Shown here: in pieces, positions 28,028-37,541 of the stretch
Position numbering within the stretch: position 1 is the stretch's first letter
How the letters are laid out: each line of letters starts with the position of its first letter
From: Marine Group III euryarchaeote CG-Bathy1
GTDB lineage: Archaea > Thermoplasmatota > Poseidoniia > MGIII > CG-Epi1
Length of the DNA: 64,000 bases
Reading direction: 5' to 3'
Assembly (NCBI GenBank): GCA_001875425.1
Contig: MIYU01000001.1
Location: 129,804 to 193,803, forward strand
Position numbers and translations under genes: made by a program
The notes under the pieces: generated by a model
The model's database searches: none
Told to the model about the DNA's origin: nothing
Seen by the model: the letters and a program-made list of their open reading frames with translations, nothing else

Positions 28028-29641
28028 ATGCCAGTTATAACTATAGAATTTGATGATTTGAATCGTTTGCTGGCCGAACCCATTACTCCAGATGATTTTA
28101 GAAAAAATATACCTTTGATAGGGGCAGATCCAGATTATATAGATGAAACAGGCGCCGCGGTTGAATTTTTTCCAGATAGGCCTGATTTATGCTCTACAGA
28201 AGGTGTGGCTAGGGCTTTACGCCCTCTTCTAGGTCAAAAACCCGGTTTAACAAATTACCAAGTTGCTAAATCAAAGACTCATATGACTGTCGATTCCTCT
28301 GTTCTAGATATTAGGCCAGTAATGATGAGTTGTATAGTTCATAATGTAAATTTAGATGATGCTGCTATACGTTCTTTAATAGAGCTTCAAGAAAAATTAC
28401 ATCTTACGGTCGGTCGCAAGAGACGAAAAGCATCCATAGGGGTTCATGATATTTCTGATTTAACACCCCCTTTCACGTATAGTTCTTGCTCAAAACACGA
28501 ACCAGCTTTCGTACCTCTTCATTTTGATATGGATATGACTCCAGAAGAGATACTAACTGAACATCCTAAAGGTATCGACTATGCTCATCTTTTGAAAGAT
28601 TTCGATAATTATCCAATTCTTACAGATGCCGAAGGTAATGTTGCTTCTTTACCTCCCATCATAAATGGGGCACTTACAACCGTCACAGCAGATACTAATG
28701 ACATCTTACTTGACGTTACAGGTCTCGATGAGAAAGCAGTAGAAACATGTCTCAATATTGTCGCAACTGCTTTAGTGGAAAGAGGTGGCGAACTCGAGGC
28801 CATCGAACTTCGTTACCCTTCTCATAGAACGACTTATCCTAATCTAAAACCTCGTGTTCATAAAATAGACCATCAATATCTAACATCTATACTCGGCTGG
28901 GATCCGGGCGACGATTTACTATCGAAGTCATTTATGAGGTGTGGTATGGATTCTTCAAAGAATGCGGATGTTTGGTCAGTTAGCGTTCCAGCATATCGTT
29001 CAGATTTAATCCATCCAATAGATTTGGTTGAAGAATCAGCTATAGGTTTGGGCTATGAAACACTTCCTAAAGTTTTACCTAAATCTGCTAGCTTCGGTAG
29101 TGAGTTAGATTCGAGAGCTATAGAAAGAAAATGCCGAGAAACCATGCTCGGTCTAGGGTTTCAAGAAGTAGTAACTTTAACTTTGAGCTCCAAAAAAGCT
29201 CAATATGAACTTACAGGGCGTAAAGAATCATCTGTAACGACACTTTCAAATCCAGTTAATGAAGAATATAATATTCTTCGTCCTTCTCTTTTACCTTGTC
29301 TTTTAACTCTATTAAAATCAAACAAACATAGGGAATTACCTCAAAGAGTTTTTGAAGTTGGGTGGGTCGTTAGGAATAATCATAACAAATTATCTCTTTC
29401 TTGGATAGAAATAGATAGTAAAGCACCTTTCTCAAAATTACGCGATATTTCAGATGTTATCTGTTCCAAATTAAAATTTACCGAAGCTATAACGGAAAAG
29501 TCAGATTCGATTTTTGTAGACGGTCGTTGCGCCGGTTTCGATATAGATAATCTTTCACTAGTTTTCGGTGAATTACATCCTCGCACATTGTCTGGTTTCG
29601 AATTAGGTTATCCGGCAATAGGCGGAGAGATTTTGTGGTAA
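28028..29641 (+). CDS. pheT: phenylalanine--tRNA ligase beta subunit (archaeal type)
   Basis: 'MPVITIEFDDLNRLL' is a typical archaeal PheT N-terminus, followed by B3/4 and B5 domains. The ORF-track start at 28013 is also possible. Confidence 0.9.
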   Translation: MPVITIEFDDLNRLLAEPITPDDFRKNIPLIGADPDYIDETGAAVEFFPDRPDLCSTEGVARALRPLLGQKPGLTNYQVAKSKTHMTVDSSVLDIRPVMMSCIVHNVNLDDAAIRSLIELQEKLHLTVGRKRRKASIGVHDISDLTPPFTYSSCSKHEPAFVPLHFDMDMTPEEILTEHPKGIDYAHLLKDFDNYPILTDAEGNVASLPPIINGALTTVTADTNDILLDVTGLDEKAVETCLNIVATALVERGGELEAIELRYPSHRTTYPNLKPRVHKIDHQYLTSILGWDPGDDLLSKSFMRCGMDSSKNADVWSVSVPAYRSDLIHPIDLVEESAIGLGYETLPKVLPKSASFGSELDSRAIERKCRETMLGLGFQEVVTLTLSSKKAQYELTGRKESSVTTLSNPVNEEYNILRPSLLPCLLTLLKSNKHRELPQRVFEVGWVVRNNHNKLSLSWIEIDSKAPFSKLRDISDVICSKLKFTEAITEKSDSIFVDGRCAGFDIDNLSLVFGELHPRTLSGFELGYPAIGGEILW

Positions 29642-30039
29642 AATTACCACTCTGTTTCGAAGCAGGCTCTGCAGCATCTGTTTTTCGACAGGTTTTAGAT
29701 GATATGGGACTAACTTATTCCAGACAAGATGGAACTCGCAGTTATACTCGATTCGCTGCCGTAGTTGCTCTCGAACAATCTGCATACTCTTACAAATATA
29801 ATATTCAAAATCCAAATATAAATTTCGAAATATGGTCAGAAGTACCGGGTCTTTCTGGCAATATAACGTATCTAGGTTTCAATACTGAGTCTAATTCACA
29901 TCTTCAAAAAATACTTCAAAATTATGTAGACAACCTTCCAAGAAATCCTTGGCTTTTCTCCCTTTCTCAAAAATTAAGAAATGGTTTCCTTTCCCCAGGA
30001 ATTTATGGTGCTAAAAAAAAGTGGAAGGAGTTTTTGTAA
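29635..30039 (+). CDS. hypothetical protein (no family recognised)
   Basis: 134-codon ORF. Its GTG start overlaps the pheT stop by 7 nt, and it ends directly at the priS start. Supported mainly by this tight operon packing. Confidence 0.4.
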   Translation: MVKLPLCFEAGSAASVFRQVLDDMGLTYSRQDGTRSYTRFAAVVALEQSAYSYKYNIQNPNINFEIWSEVPGLSGNITYLGFNTESNSHLQKILQNYVDNLPRNPWLFSLSQKLRNGFLSPGIYGAKKKWKEFL

Positions 30040-31284
30040 TTGAGTTTGGTCGGCGAGAAGGAAAGAGCACATCTAGAAATCACTAAAACGCAGAATTTTC
30101 TAAAGGAAAAGTTTCGAAATTATTACAGCAGTGTAAAATTGAAAACACCACCTAGATTCACATCTAGAGAATGGGGGTTCTTGGGTTGGTCAGGAAAACT
30201 AATGAATCGGCATCAAAGTTTTAGATCTAAGAAAGATCTTCAATCTTATCTATCTAAATACGGACCTAAACACGCTTATCATTCCGTTGCATATTACAGT
30301 ATACCTAATGCCCCTACAATGAAAGATAAATCTTGGCAAGGTGCAGATTTAATATTCGATTTAGATGCAGACCACATTCCAAATGCAAAACAGGTACTTT
30401 CTTCAGATCCTGACGGGTTTCAGAAATTAATGAAGACGATTCAAGATCAAACATATCGACTAGTTAATGATTTTTTATTAGGTGATATGGCTTTTGATAT
30501 TAAAGATTTAATGATTACTTTTAGCGGTGGCCGAGGTTATCATGTACATATTAGGGATGCTTCAGTTCTAAATCTTTCTTCTAGTGCAAGAAGAGATATT
30601 GTCGATTATGTAACAGGTCAAGGTCTTATCAGAACAAATCTATTGAAAGATTCAAGTCACATGGCAAATTTAAAATCAAAAGGCATTGAATATTCAAAAA
30701 AAATAACCATTTCAAATTTTTCATTATATGATCAGAATGCACCAGGTTGGCAAGGTCACATTTCTCGTCACATTAATGATTTTTTGAATAATTTATCTAC
30801 GTTAGATAGGAAGTCACAAATTAATAATTTAGTGGCAATTAATGGCATCACTCCTTCTATGGCAAATAAAATTAAAATCTCAGACAACAGTTCATTGACT
30901 TTTCGTAATATGTCTCGCAAGAATGGTGAACTTTCAAAGGCGCAATCCTCACTCGTAAATATGGCCGTTCAACAGCAATCAGTTTTTCCAGATGAACCGG
31001 TAACAGGCGATACTCATCGTCTAATCAGACTTCCAAATTCTTTACACGGTGGTTCGGGGATGTCTGTAGTCGAATTAGACTTAGAAACTCTAAAAACATT
31101 CATACCATTAGAGGAAGCAACAGTTTTTGGCGATTCTATGATAAATATCAAAGCTCTTAGGTCTTCAAAAATCAAAATGGGCAAAGTATACAATTTAAAA
31201 GAAGGCGAGGTGACTTCTGTTCCAGAGAAAGTCGGTATCTATTTTATGTGCAGGGGTCTGGCTTCTTTAACTTTGAAAACATGA
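30040..31284 (+). CDS. priS: DNA primase small (catalytic) subunit
   Basis: Contains 'DLIFDLDADH' (catalytic DxD), 'GGRGYHVHI' and 'RLIRLPNSLHG'. TTG start. Confidence 0.9.
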   Translation: MSLVGEKERAHLEITKTQNFLKEKFRNYYSSVKLKTPPRFTSREWGFLGWSGKLMNRHQSFRSKKDLQSYLSKYGPKHAYHSVAYYSIPNAPTMKDKSWQGADLIFDLDADHIPNAKQVLSSDPDGFQKLMKTIQDQTYRLVNDFLLGDMAFDIKDLMITFSGGRGYHVHIRDASVLNLSSSARRDIVDYVTGQGLIRTNLLKDSSHMANLKSKGIEYSKKITISNFSLYDQNAPGWQGHISRHINDFLNNLSTLDRKSQINNLVAINGITPSMANKIKISDNSSLTFRNMSRKNGELSKAQSSLVNMAVQQQSVFPDEPVTGDTHRLIRLPNSLHGGSGMSVVELDLETLKTFIPLEEATVFGDSMINIKALRSSKIKMGKVYNLKEGEVTSVPEKVGIYFMCRGLASLTLKT

Positions 31285-31919
31285 TATTGTGCGGTGTCGA
31301 TGAAGCGGGGCGGGGTCCAGTAATAGGGCCATTGGTGGTAGCTGCTGCAGCCATCGAAAATGTAGAACTTTTAAATTCAATGGGGTTGAAAGATTCAAAA
31401 CTTCTCAATCCGGTTCAACGTAAAATTTTGAATAATAAAATAAGAGAGCACTGCGATTTTGCATTGGAAATAATAGATGCTCAAACTGTCGATAGTTATG
31501 TTAAGAACAACGAACTCAATAAATTATCAATTATAGCTTTTAGTTCGGTAATATCTAAATTAAATCCAACTAAAGCAATTGTCGATTCTTGCGATGTTAA
31601 ACCAGAGCGCTTCGCTCAAAATATACTCAAAGAGTTAGGTAATAATGTGAATGTAGAGATTGACTCACATCATAAAGCTGATACATTATTTCCCATAGTA
31701 TCTGCAGCTTCTATTCTAGCTAAAGAGGCCAGAGAGAATGAAATGCAATCAATAAAAAAAGAGATAGGGGATTGTGGTAGCGGTTATCCTTCCGATCCAA
31801 AAACCATAGCTTTTTTATCAAACCAATGGAAGAAATCGAGAAGTTGGCCGAAATATATACGTCAGGAATGGAAAACCATCAAACGTTTCAATACCTCTAC
31901 ACTTGATGATTTTGATTAG
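31281..31919 (+). CDS. rnhB: ribonuclease HII
   Basis: 'MILCGVDEAGRGPVIGPLVV' is the canonical N-terminus and 'DSKLL' is present. ATGA overlap with the priS stop. The ORF-track start at 31248 is an upstream extension. Confidence 0.92.
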   Translation: MILCGVDEAGRGPVIGPLVVAAAAIENVELLNSMGLKDSKLLNPVQRKILNNKIREHCDFALEIIDAQTVDSYVKNNELNKLSIIAFSSVISKLNPTKAIVDSCDVKPERFAQNILKELGNNVNVEIDSHHKADTLFPIVSAASILAKEARENEMQSIKKEIGDCGSGYPSDPKTIAFLSNQWKKSRSWPKYIRQEWKTIKRFNTSTLDDFD

Positions 31920-31922
31920 ATT

Positions 31923-32273
31923 ATGAATGAAGCCGAATTATTAGCAGTCGTCGAAGAAAAAATTACACTCTTCAATGAGAAAGTAAAAGAAGATTCAGAT
32001 TTTGCAGAAATTATAGGTACTAGTGATCGCACAGTCTCTATTTCAATTTCCGATGGAGATAATTATGTTTGCGAACTCAAAGATGGGGTTTTATCGCCAG
32101 TCAAAAAATCCGATGATACGGTTACTTCTGATATTTCTTTAGAAAGTGATTTTGAAACTATAGGTGCTATTTTGAATAATGAAATGTCTCCTATGAAAGC
32201 CTACGTCAAACAAAAATTAAGCGTGAATGCTAGTTTTAGAGATTTAATGCTTTTACGACAATTATTATCGTAA
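31923..32273 (+). CDS. SCP2 (sterol carrier protein 2)-like domain protein
   Basis: 116 aa. The C-terminal 'MSPMKAYVKQKLSVNASFRDLMLLRQLL' resembles the SCP2 'fm.GklkveGdm.lamkl' motif. Confidence 0.6.
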   Translation: MNEAELLAVVEEKITLFNEKVKEDSDFAEIIGTSDRTVSISISDGDNYVCELKDGVLSPVKKSDDTVTSDISLESDFETIGAILNNEMSPMKAYVKQKLSVNASFRDLMLLRQLLS

Positions 32274-32275
32274 TA

Positions 32276-33082
32276 CTAAATCAGTTTTGTTATTTCATTT
32301 GCTAAATTAGCAATTTCTTCAGGATTTAGTACTTCCCCTCTCAACTCCATAAATGGCAATTTATCCAGTTCAAGATTCTCAAATCTAGTTTTTAGTGCAT
32401 TTTTTAGAGTTTTTCTTCTATGGGTAAAAATCGCCCTGACTACTTCATCAAATATCTTTACATCTTTCACTTCATAGTTCGGCGCTTCTCTTTTTAGTTC
32501 AACAACTACAGAATGTACTCTCGGTTGAGGTAAGAACATGTTTCTACTTACTCTGAAAAGCTTTTTACATTTGACATGTACAGAAGCCATCACAGTCAAT
32601 CTTCCGTATTGTTTAGTTCCATGCTCGGCTGTCAATCTATTTGCAAATTCTTCTTGAAACATAATTACGGCTCTATCCCATTTTGTTTCAAATAAATGAA
32701 AAAGTAGAGGGGATGATATCGAATAAGGTATGTTAGAAACAATAACATCTATATCTGGAATATCAACTTTCATAATATCTCCTTCAATTATTTCAACATT
32801 CTCTCTCCTAAGTTTCTGGTTCAACACGGTAAATAGCCATTTATCCTTTTCAACAGCCACTAAACTTTTTCCCATTTGTGCCAATTTCTCTGTTAAAATT
32901 CCTCTTCCAGGCCCTATTTCTAAAATATCTTCGTCATCTTTTATCTCTGCTGCATCAACTATACGCTGTGCAATTTTCTCATCAACTAAAAAATTCTGGC
33001 CTAAGGCTTTTCTCCGTTTGTAGGATTGGTGGGCCGGGGCGGAATCGAACCGCCGATCTTCGCCTTGTAAGGGCGACGTCAT
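32276..33082 (-). CDS. rsmA: 16S rRNA (adenine-N6,N6)-dimethyltransferase KsgA/Dim1; start codon problematic
   Basis: 'ALGQNFLVDEKIAQRIV', 'EIGPGRGILT' (SAM motif) and 'SNIPYSISSP' are present. The only canonical in-frame start upstream of the SAM motif is the ATG at 33082, inside the tRNA-Val gene. Confidence 0.9.
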   Translation of the reverse strand: MTSPLQGEDRRFDSAPAHQSYKRRKALGQNFLVDEKIAQRIVDAAEIKDDEDILEIGPGRGILTEKLAQMGKSLVAVEKDKWLFTVLNQKLRRENVEIIEGDIMKVDIPDIDVIVSNIPYSISSPLLFHLFETKWDRAVIMFQEEFANRLTAEHGTKQYGRLTVMASVHVKCKKLFRVSRNMFLPQPRVHSVVVELKREAPNYEVKDVKIFDEVVRAIFTHRRKTLKNALKTRFENLELDKLPFMELRGEVLNPEEIANLANEITKLI

Positions 33083-33102
33083 AACCCCTAGACCACCGGC
33101 CC
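33027..33102 (-). tRNA. tRNA-Val (anticodon UAC), 76 nt, with genomically encoded CCA
   Basis: Hand-folded cloverleaf: acceptor GGGCCGG/CCGGCCC, anticodon stem TCGCC/GGCGA, loop CTTACAA, T arm GGCGG-TTCGATT-CCGCC, discriminator A plus CCA. No intron. Confidence 0.93.
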
Positions 33103-33192
33103 AATCTTAAGTTAACCCCTAAGTCTAGTTCTGTTCTGTATTTGTTATGGGCATAGTACCTATTAATATTACATCCGTTGATTTTTGGTTAA

Positions 33193-33200
33193 TTATTTAT
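33193..33200 (+). promoter_or_regulatory. candidate TATA box for pckA (would imply a leaderless mRNA)
   Basis: 'TTATTTAT' is centred about 26-27 nt upstream of the pckA ATG at 33223. Based on motif and spacing only. Confidence 0.3.
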
Positions 33201-33222
33201 CCCTGTTGCTAGTCCCACGTGC

Positions 33223-34785
33223 ATGGAGTTGCTGAATAATTTCGGTATACAACCAAAGAAAGTATATCATAACTTATCGCAAGCCCAATACAGGGATGAA
33301 GTTATCGATAGAGGTGAAGGTAGATTATCTTCTAACGGAACTGCCGTTGTGACTACTGGTATTTTTACGGGTCGTTCACCAAACGATAGATTTTTCGTAT
33401 TAAATTCAGATTCAGAACAGAAAATAGATTGGGGTGAGATAAACAAACCACTCCCTTCTGATTCATTCGATACACTTTTGGATTTAGTTAAAGATGAAAT
33501 GAATGATCAAGATTTATTTGTTTTTGATGGGTTTGCAGGTGCAGATGCAAGATATCGACTCCCAATTAGAATTGTTACAATGAAAGCGTGGCAGTCTCAT
33601 TTCTCCAATAATATGTTTATCCGTCCATCCAAAGAGGAACTTTCGTCTTTTAATCCAGAATTCACGGTGCTTAACGCATCTAGTGTTAACGTTTCTAACT
33701 GGTCTCAACTTTCTCTAAATTCAGAAATCTTCATAGTTGTAAATATTGAAAAAAAACTAGTTATAATTGGTGGTACAGAATATGGTGGCGAAATCAAAAA
33801 AAGTATTTTCTCAGTTTTGAATTATCTGCTTCCTAATGAGGGAGTTTTACCAATGCATTGTTCTGCAAATATCGGCTCCAATGAGGACACTGCGTTATTC
33901 TTCGGTCTCAGTGGAACTGGCAAAACTACACTCTCTACTGATTCTACAAGAAGATTGATTGGTGATGATGAACACGGTTGGTCTGATCAAGGCGTTTTCA
34001 ATTTTGAAGGAGGTTGCTATGCTAAAACTATCAATCTCGATCCGACAAAAGAACCTGAAATATACAATGCCATTCGTCCCGGGGCTTTATTGGAAAATGT
34101 AGTCATGGATAAAGATGGAAATATTGACTATAGTGATTCATCGATAACTGAGAATACCAGGGTCTCTTATCCTATTGATTATATAGATAATATCGAACCA
34201 TCTGAATGCGGAGGACATCCACGCAATGTTTTCTTCCTAACTGCTGATGCGTTCGGAGTTCTTCCTCCTATTTCTCAGCTAACTCCTGAAATGGCAATGT
34301 ATCATTTTCTTAGTGGTTACACAGCAAAAGTTGCAGGTACTGAACGGGGTATCGTAACTCCAACAGCTACCTTTTCTGCCTGTTTTGGAGCGCCATTTAT
34401 GCCTCAACATCCAACAGTTTACGCCAATTTACTAGGTGAAAAAATCGCCAAACATAATGCCAAAGTATGGCTAATCAATACCGGTTGGACAGGTGGGCCT
34501 TATGGTATAGGAAAGCGCATCGATCTCCCTTTAACTCGTAGAATGCTGAATGCAATATTATTGGGTGAGCTAGAGCATACTGAATTCGTCGCAGATCCTA
34601 TTTTTCAATTATTAGTTCCTAAATCTGTAGAAGGTATACCTAGCGATATTTTAGAACAACGAAACACTTGGGATGATGACATTGCCTATGATAATAAGGC
34701 CCATGAATTAGCTACTCTGTTTGTAAATAATTTTGAAAAATATCGAGATTACGGCGATTTCGAATCAGCCGGTCCGTTACTGTAA
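33223..34785 (+). CDS. pckA: phosphoenolpyruvate carboxykinase (ATP)
   Basis: Contains 'FFGLSGTGKTTLS' (kinase-1a P-loop), 'LIGDDEHGW' and 'NTGWTGG'. Confidence 0.95.
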   Translation: MELLNNFGIQPKKVYHNLSQAQYRDEVIDRGEGRLSSNGTAVVTTGIFTGRSPNDRFFVLNSDSEQKIDWGEINKPLPSDSFDTLLDLVKDEMNDQDLFVFDGFAGADARYRLPIRIVTMKAWQSHFSNNMFIRPSKEELSSFNPEFTVLNASSVNVSNWSQLSLNSEIFIVVNIEKKLVIIGGTEYGGEIKKSIFSVLNYLLPNEGVLPMHCSANIGSNEDTALFFGLSGTGKTTLSTDSTRRLIGDDEHGWSDQGVFNFEGGCYAKTINLDPTKEPEIYNAIRPGALLENVVMDKDGNIDYSDSSITENTRVSYPIDYIDNIEPSECGGHPRNVFFLTADAFGVLPPISQLTPEMAMYHFLSGYTAKVAGTERGIVTPTATFSACFGAPFMPQHPTVYANLLGEKIAKHNAKVWLINTGWTGGPYGIGKRIDLPLTRRMLNAILLGELEHTEFVADPIFQLLVPKSVEGIPSDILEQRNTWDDDIAYDNKAHELATLFVNNFEKYRDYGDFESAGPLL

Positions 34786-34802
34786 CTTAATCTTCATAGC
34801 CA

Positions 34803-35780
34803 TTACAAGAATTCATTCACCATCTCTCTCTCTTTGGTAAGTTCATCATTCGTTCTTTCTAACGCTTCCTTTGCGAATGAATTATGTTCCATTCCTTTCA
34901 CAATTTCAAAATTACCTGAAGAAACAGTTCTTGTTGGCATTCCTGCCCAGACGCCCTTTGCAAAACCATATTCCCCTCTACTAACAGCCGCAATTGAATT
35001 TATTTTATCACTAGGTTTGTCCAGACCTTGAACATGATTTATCAGAGCATTAGCAGCCGATGCAGCACTGGATAGTCCTCTCGCTTTGATAATCTCAGCA
35101 CCACGTTGCCCAACTGCAGGAATAAATTCTTTCTGCATCCAGTTTTCATCTCCTATAATTTCTATTGCTGCTTTGTTCGATATTTTTGCATTCTCATAAT
35201 CGGGATACATAGTGGGACTGTGATTACCGTAAATCACTACATCACTCACTTCTGCAACGTCCACACCAGCCTTCTTGGCAAGCATCGCTTCAGCTCTATT
35301 TTGATCTAAACGAACCATAGCAGTGAAGCGTTCATCACCCAATCGATTACCTTGTGCTGCTGCAATCATACAATTAGTGTTACATGGATTTCCAACGACG
35401 ACAATTCTACAATTATCGGCAGCATTTTCATCTATTGATTTCCCTTGTCCTACAAAGATTCTTCCATTATCTCTTAATAGATCAGAGCGTTCCATTCCAG
35501 GCCCTCTAGGTTTACTCCCAACTAATAAACATAAATTAGTTCCAGCAAACGCTTCATCTGGATTTGATGAAGTAACAATTCCCTTTAGTAAAGGAAAAGC
35601 ACAATCTTCTAATTCCATTGCAACACCATTAAGTGCATCCATAGCAGGCGGTATCTCTAACAATTGTAAAATTACTGGCTGTTCTTTTCCAAACATTTCG
35701 CCAGTGGCTATTCTAGGCAATAAACTATATCCTATCTGTCCAGCAGCACCAGTAACTGCAATACGCATGGCTTCTTTCAT
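34803..35780 (-). CDS. mdh: malate dehydrogenase (NAD-dependent, LDH/MDH family)
   Basis: Contains '[16 protein letters not shown]', '[16 protein letters not shown]' and 'VVGNPCNTN'. Confidence 0.92.
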   Translation of the reverse strand: MKEAMRIAVTGAAGQIGYSLLPRIATGEMFGKEQPVILQLLEIPPAMDALNGVAMELEDCAFPLLKGIVTSSNPDEAFAGTNLCLLVGSKPRGPGMERSDLLRDNGRIFVGQGKSIDENAADNCRIVVVGNPCNTNCMIAAAQGNRLGDERFTAMVRLDQNRAEAMLAKKAGVDVAEVSDVVIYGNHSPTMYPDYENAKISNKAAIEIIGDENWMQKEFIPAVGQRGAEIIKARGLSSAASAANALINHVQGLDKPSDKINSIAAVSRGEYGFAKGVWAGMPTRTVSSGNFEIVKGMEHNSFAKEALERTNDELTKEREMVNEFL

Positions 35781-35886
35781 TCTGTCGTAAATAGTAAGAA
35801 CAGTGCTTAAATGTTTCTGTCTATTTTATCTCACAATCTTCTATACTACTCCAAAGTCCTTTTATCCTATTCACCATTAAGGAGTT

Positions 35887-36051
35887 ATGAATCCTATTAC
35901 AGATGTCAAGAAATACGACATACAAAGAAGAATCTATTTGCCAAAGTGGGTAGAGGAAGAATTAGGCATAGTTCCTGGAAAAAATTACGTTACCTTCCTA
36001 CCTAAGAATGGAGAGATTGTTATCAAAAAAGTAAACATAAGTTTAGATTAG
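35887..36051 (+). CDS. AbrB/SpoVT (MazE-like) domain small DNA-binding protein (54 aa, below the ORF-track cutoff)
   Basis: Hand translation gives MNPITDVKKYDIQRRIYLPKWVEEELGIVPGKNYVTFLPKNGEIVIKKVNISLD. It fits the swapped-hairpin AbrB pattern (r..iPk.v.eelgi.pGd.v.....g.ivi.k). GGAG lies 4-5 nt upstream of the ATG. Confidence 0.6.
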   Translation: MNPITDVKKYDIQRRIYLPKWVEEELGIVPGKNYVTFLPKNGEIVIKKVNISLD

Positions 36052-37511
36052 ATGGTCTCTTTTAACCATTCCAAATCACTTTGAAATAACATTCTTATAT
36101 CTTTCAATCCAAGTTTTAACATAGCTAATCTTTCCAGTCCTAGGCCCCATGCCAAAACTGGATGCTCTATTCCAAATGGAGCAGTCACTTCTGGTCTAAA
36201 CACACCTGCACCTCCTAATTCAAGCCATTTACCATTGAAAACAACTTCTATTTCTAAAGAGGGTTCAGTGTATGGGAAATAAGCAGGTCTAACACGTACT
36301 TCAGAGAATCCCATTCGTTTGTAAAATTCTTTTAGAACTCCAATTAACATTGCAAAGCTTGCATCTTTTTCCATTATTATCCCCTCTACTTGCGTGAATT
36401 CTGGTAGGTGTGTGGAATCAACAGATTCATATCTGAACACCCTCCCCACTCCAAAAACTCTAGCAGGGGGTTTAGGATTTTCCGATAAATATTTTATCGT
36501 GTTAACAGTAGTATGTGTTCGTAGCAAAGCTTTCTTTGCTTTTTCGACATCCCATTTCCCCCCCCAACCTGTCGATTCAGTATCTCCACCTTTTTCATGA
36601 ATTTCTTTAATTTTCTGAACCAATTCTTTATCATTCAAATCAAAACTCTTTTCTTCTAAATACAGTGTATCTTGTAATTCTCTCGCCGGGTGATCTTGTG
36701 GTATGAATAAAGTATCCATATTCCAAAAAGCCGATTGCACGTAATCACCTTCTATCTCTTGAAAGCCCATTTGTAAAAATATCAATCGTATATCTTCAAT
36801 AAATCTGGTGAATGGGTGTAATGTTGCATGTTGTGCACTCACAGTTTTTGTGTTTAATGAATATTTTTGAAAATCTTTATCCTTCCAACTACCACTCTGT
36901 ATCATTTCTGGAGTAATTTCACCTATTGTAGGGGATTCTCCTAAATCAAACTCCTTCCCCTCTTTTGTCAGAACTATTTCACGATCAATCTCTTCACGTT
37001 TATCTAGTATTTTTCTCCCTTTCAATAATTTAAATCCTTCTTTTTCTATTTCTTCTGCTTTAATCTCTTCTTCAAATAATAGTTGCATTAAAACAGGTTC
37101 ATCTGGCGTTTCATCTTTCTTTCCAGCATATTTTATTTGCGGCCCACCCTTGCCTTTTTCAATAGTTGCAAAACCTTTTCTTTTCAACCATCCCACTGCA
37201 ATTTTTCCTTCACTTTCACTGATGCCAGCTTTCTCTATTTCAGACAGAGTTATTGTTTCATTTTCAGATAACCACTCAACAACTCGTCTTTCAGGTAATC
37301 CATCTTTAGCATATTTTTTACCCTCTTCATTTAGCGATATAAATTCAGTTATATGTTCTTCAAAGTTAACTAACTCTTTAGTTCTAAGCCAAGATGCAGC
37401 AGACATTACTTCCTGCACAGTACTTTCCATCAGAGAAGAAATTTCATTCGGCTTCGTTTCACCATCTCTAATCGCTTTCAATACTTCATACTCATTTGAT
37501 GACAGGTCCAC
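36048..37511 (-). CDS. pheS: phenylalanine--tRNA ligase alpha subunit (archaeal type)
   Basis: Contains 'FRYESVDSTHLPEFTQVEG' (motif 2) and 'GLGLERLAML' (motif 3), with N-terminal winged-helix repeats. GTG start. Confidence 0.93.
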   Translation of the reverse strand: MDLSSNEYEVLKAIRDGETKPNEISSLMESTVQEVMSAASWLRTKELVNFEEHITEFISLNEEGKKYAKDGLPERRVVEWLSENETITLSEIEKAGISESEGKIAVGWLKRKGFATIEKGKGGPQIKYAGKKDETPDEPVLMQLLFEEEIKAEEIEKEGFKLLKGRKILDKREEIDREIVLTKEGKEFDLGESPTIGEITPEMIQSGSWKDKDFQKYSLNTKTVSAQHATLHPFTRFIEDIRLIFLQMGFQEIEGDYVQSAFWNMDTLFIPQDHPARELQDTLYLEEKSFDLNDKELVQKIKEIHEKGGDTESTGWGGKWDVEKAKKALLRTHTTVNTIKYLSENPKPPARVFGVGRVFRYESVDSTHLPEFTQVEGIIMEKDASFAMLIGVLKEFYKRMGFSEVRVRPAYFPYTEPSLEIEVVFNGKWLELGGAGVFRPEVTAPFGIEHPVLAWGLGLERLAMLKLGLKDIRMLFQSDLEWLKETI

Positions 37512-37541
37512 ATTCTGTTACATATCTGGTGCTTAATAGGT

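Noticed and set aside
33027-33222. tRNA-Val as an integration site for a mobile element or genomic island
   Set aside because: No integrase, direct repeat of the tRNA 3' end or phage/plasmid genes are nearby. The flanks are ksgA and pckA.
35323-35790. 155-aa plus-strand ORF opposite mdh, with similar long antisense ORFs at 12854-13246, 16285-16725, 37150-37536, 38943-39329, 42210-42623, 46159-46527, 7482-7847 and 32730-33023
   Set aside because: Each lies entirely within, and antisense to, a gene with unambiguous family motifs. The translations are low-complexity or hydrophobic, as expected for shadow ORFs in AT-rich DNA.
35811-36005. 64-aa ORF from the track in the mdh-pheS gap
   Set aside because: It has no motif and no RBS. 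A different frame in the same region encodes an AbrB-like protein with a GGAG RBS (35887-36051), which I prefer.
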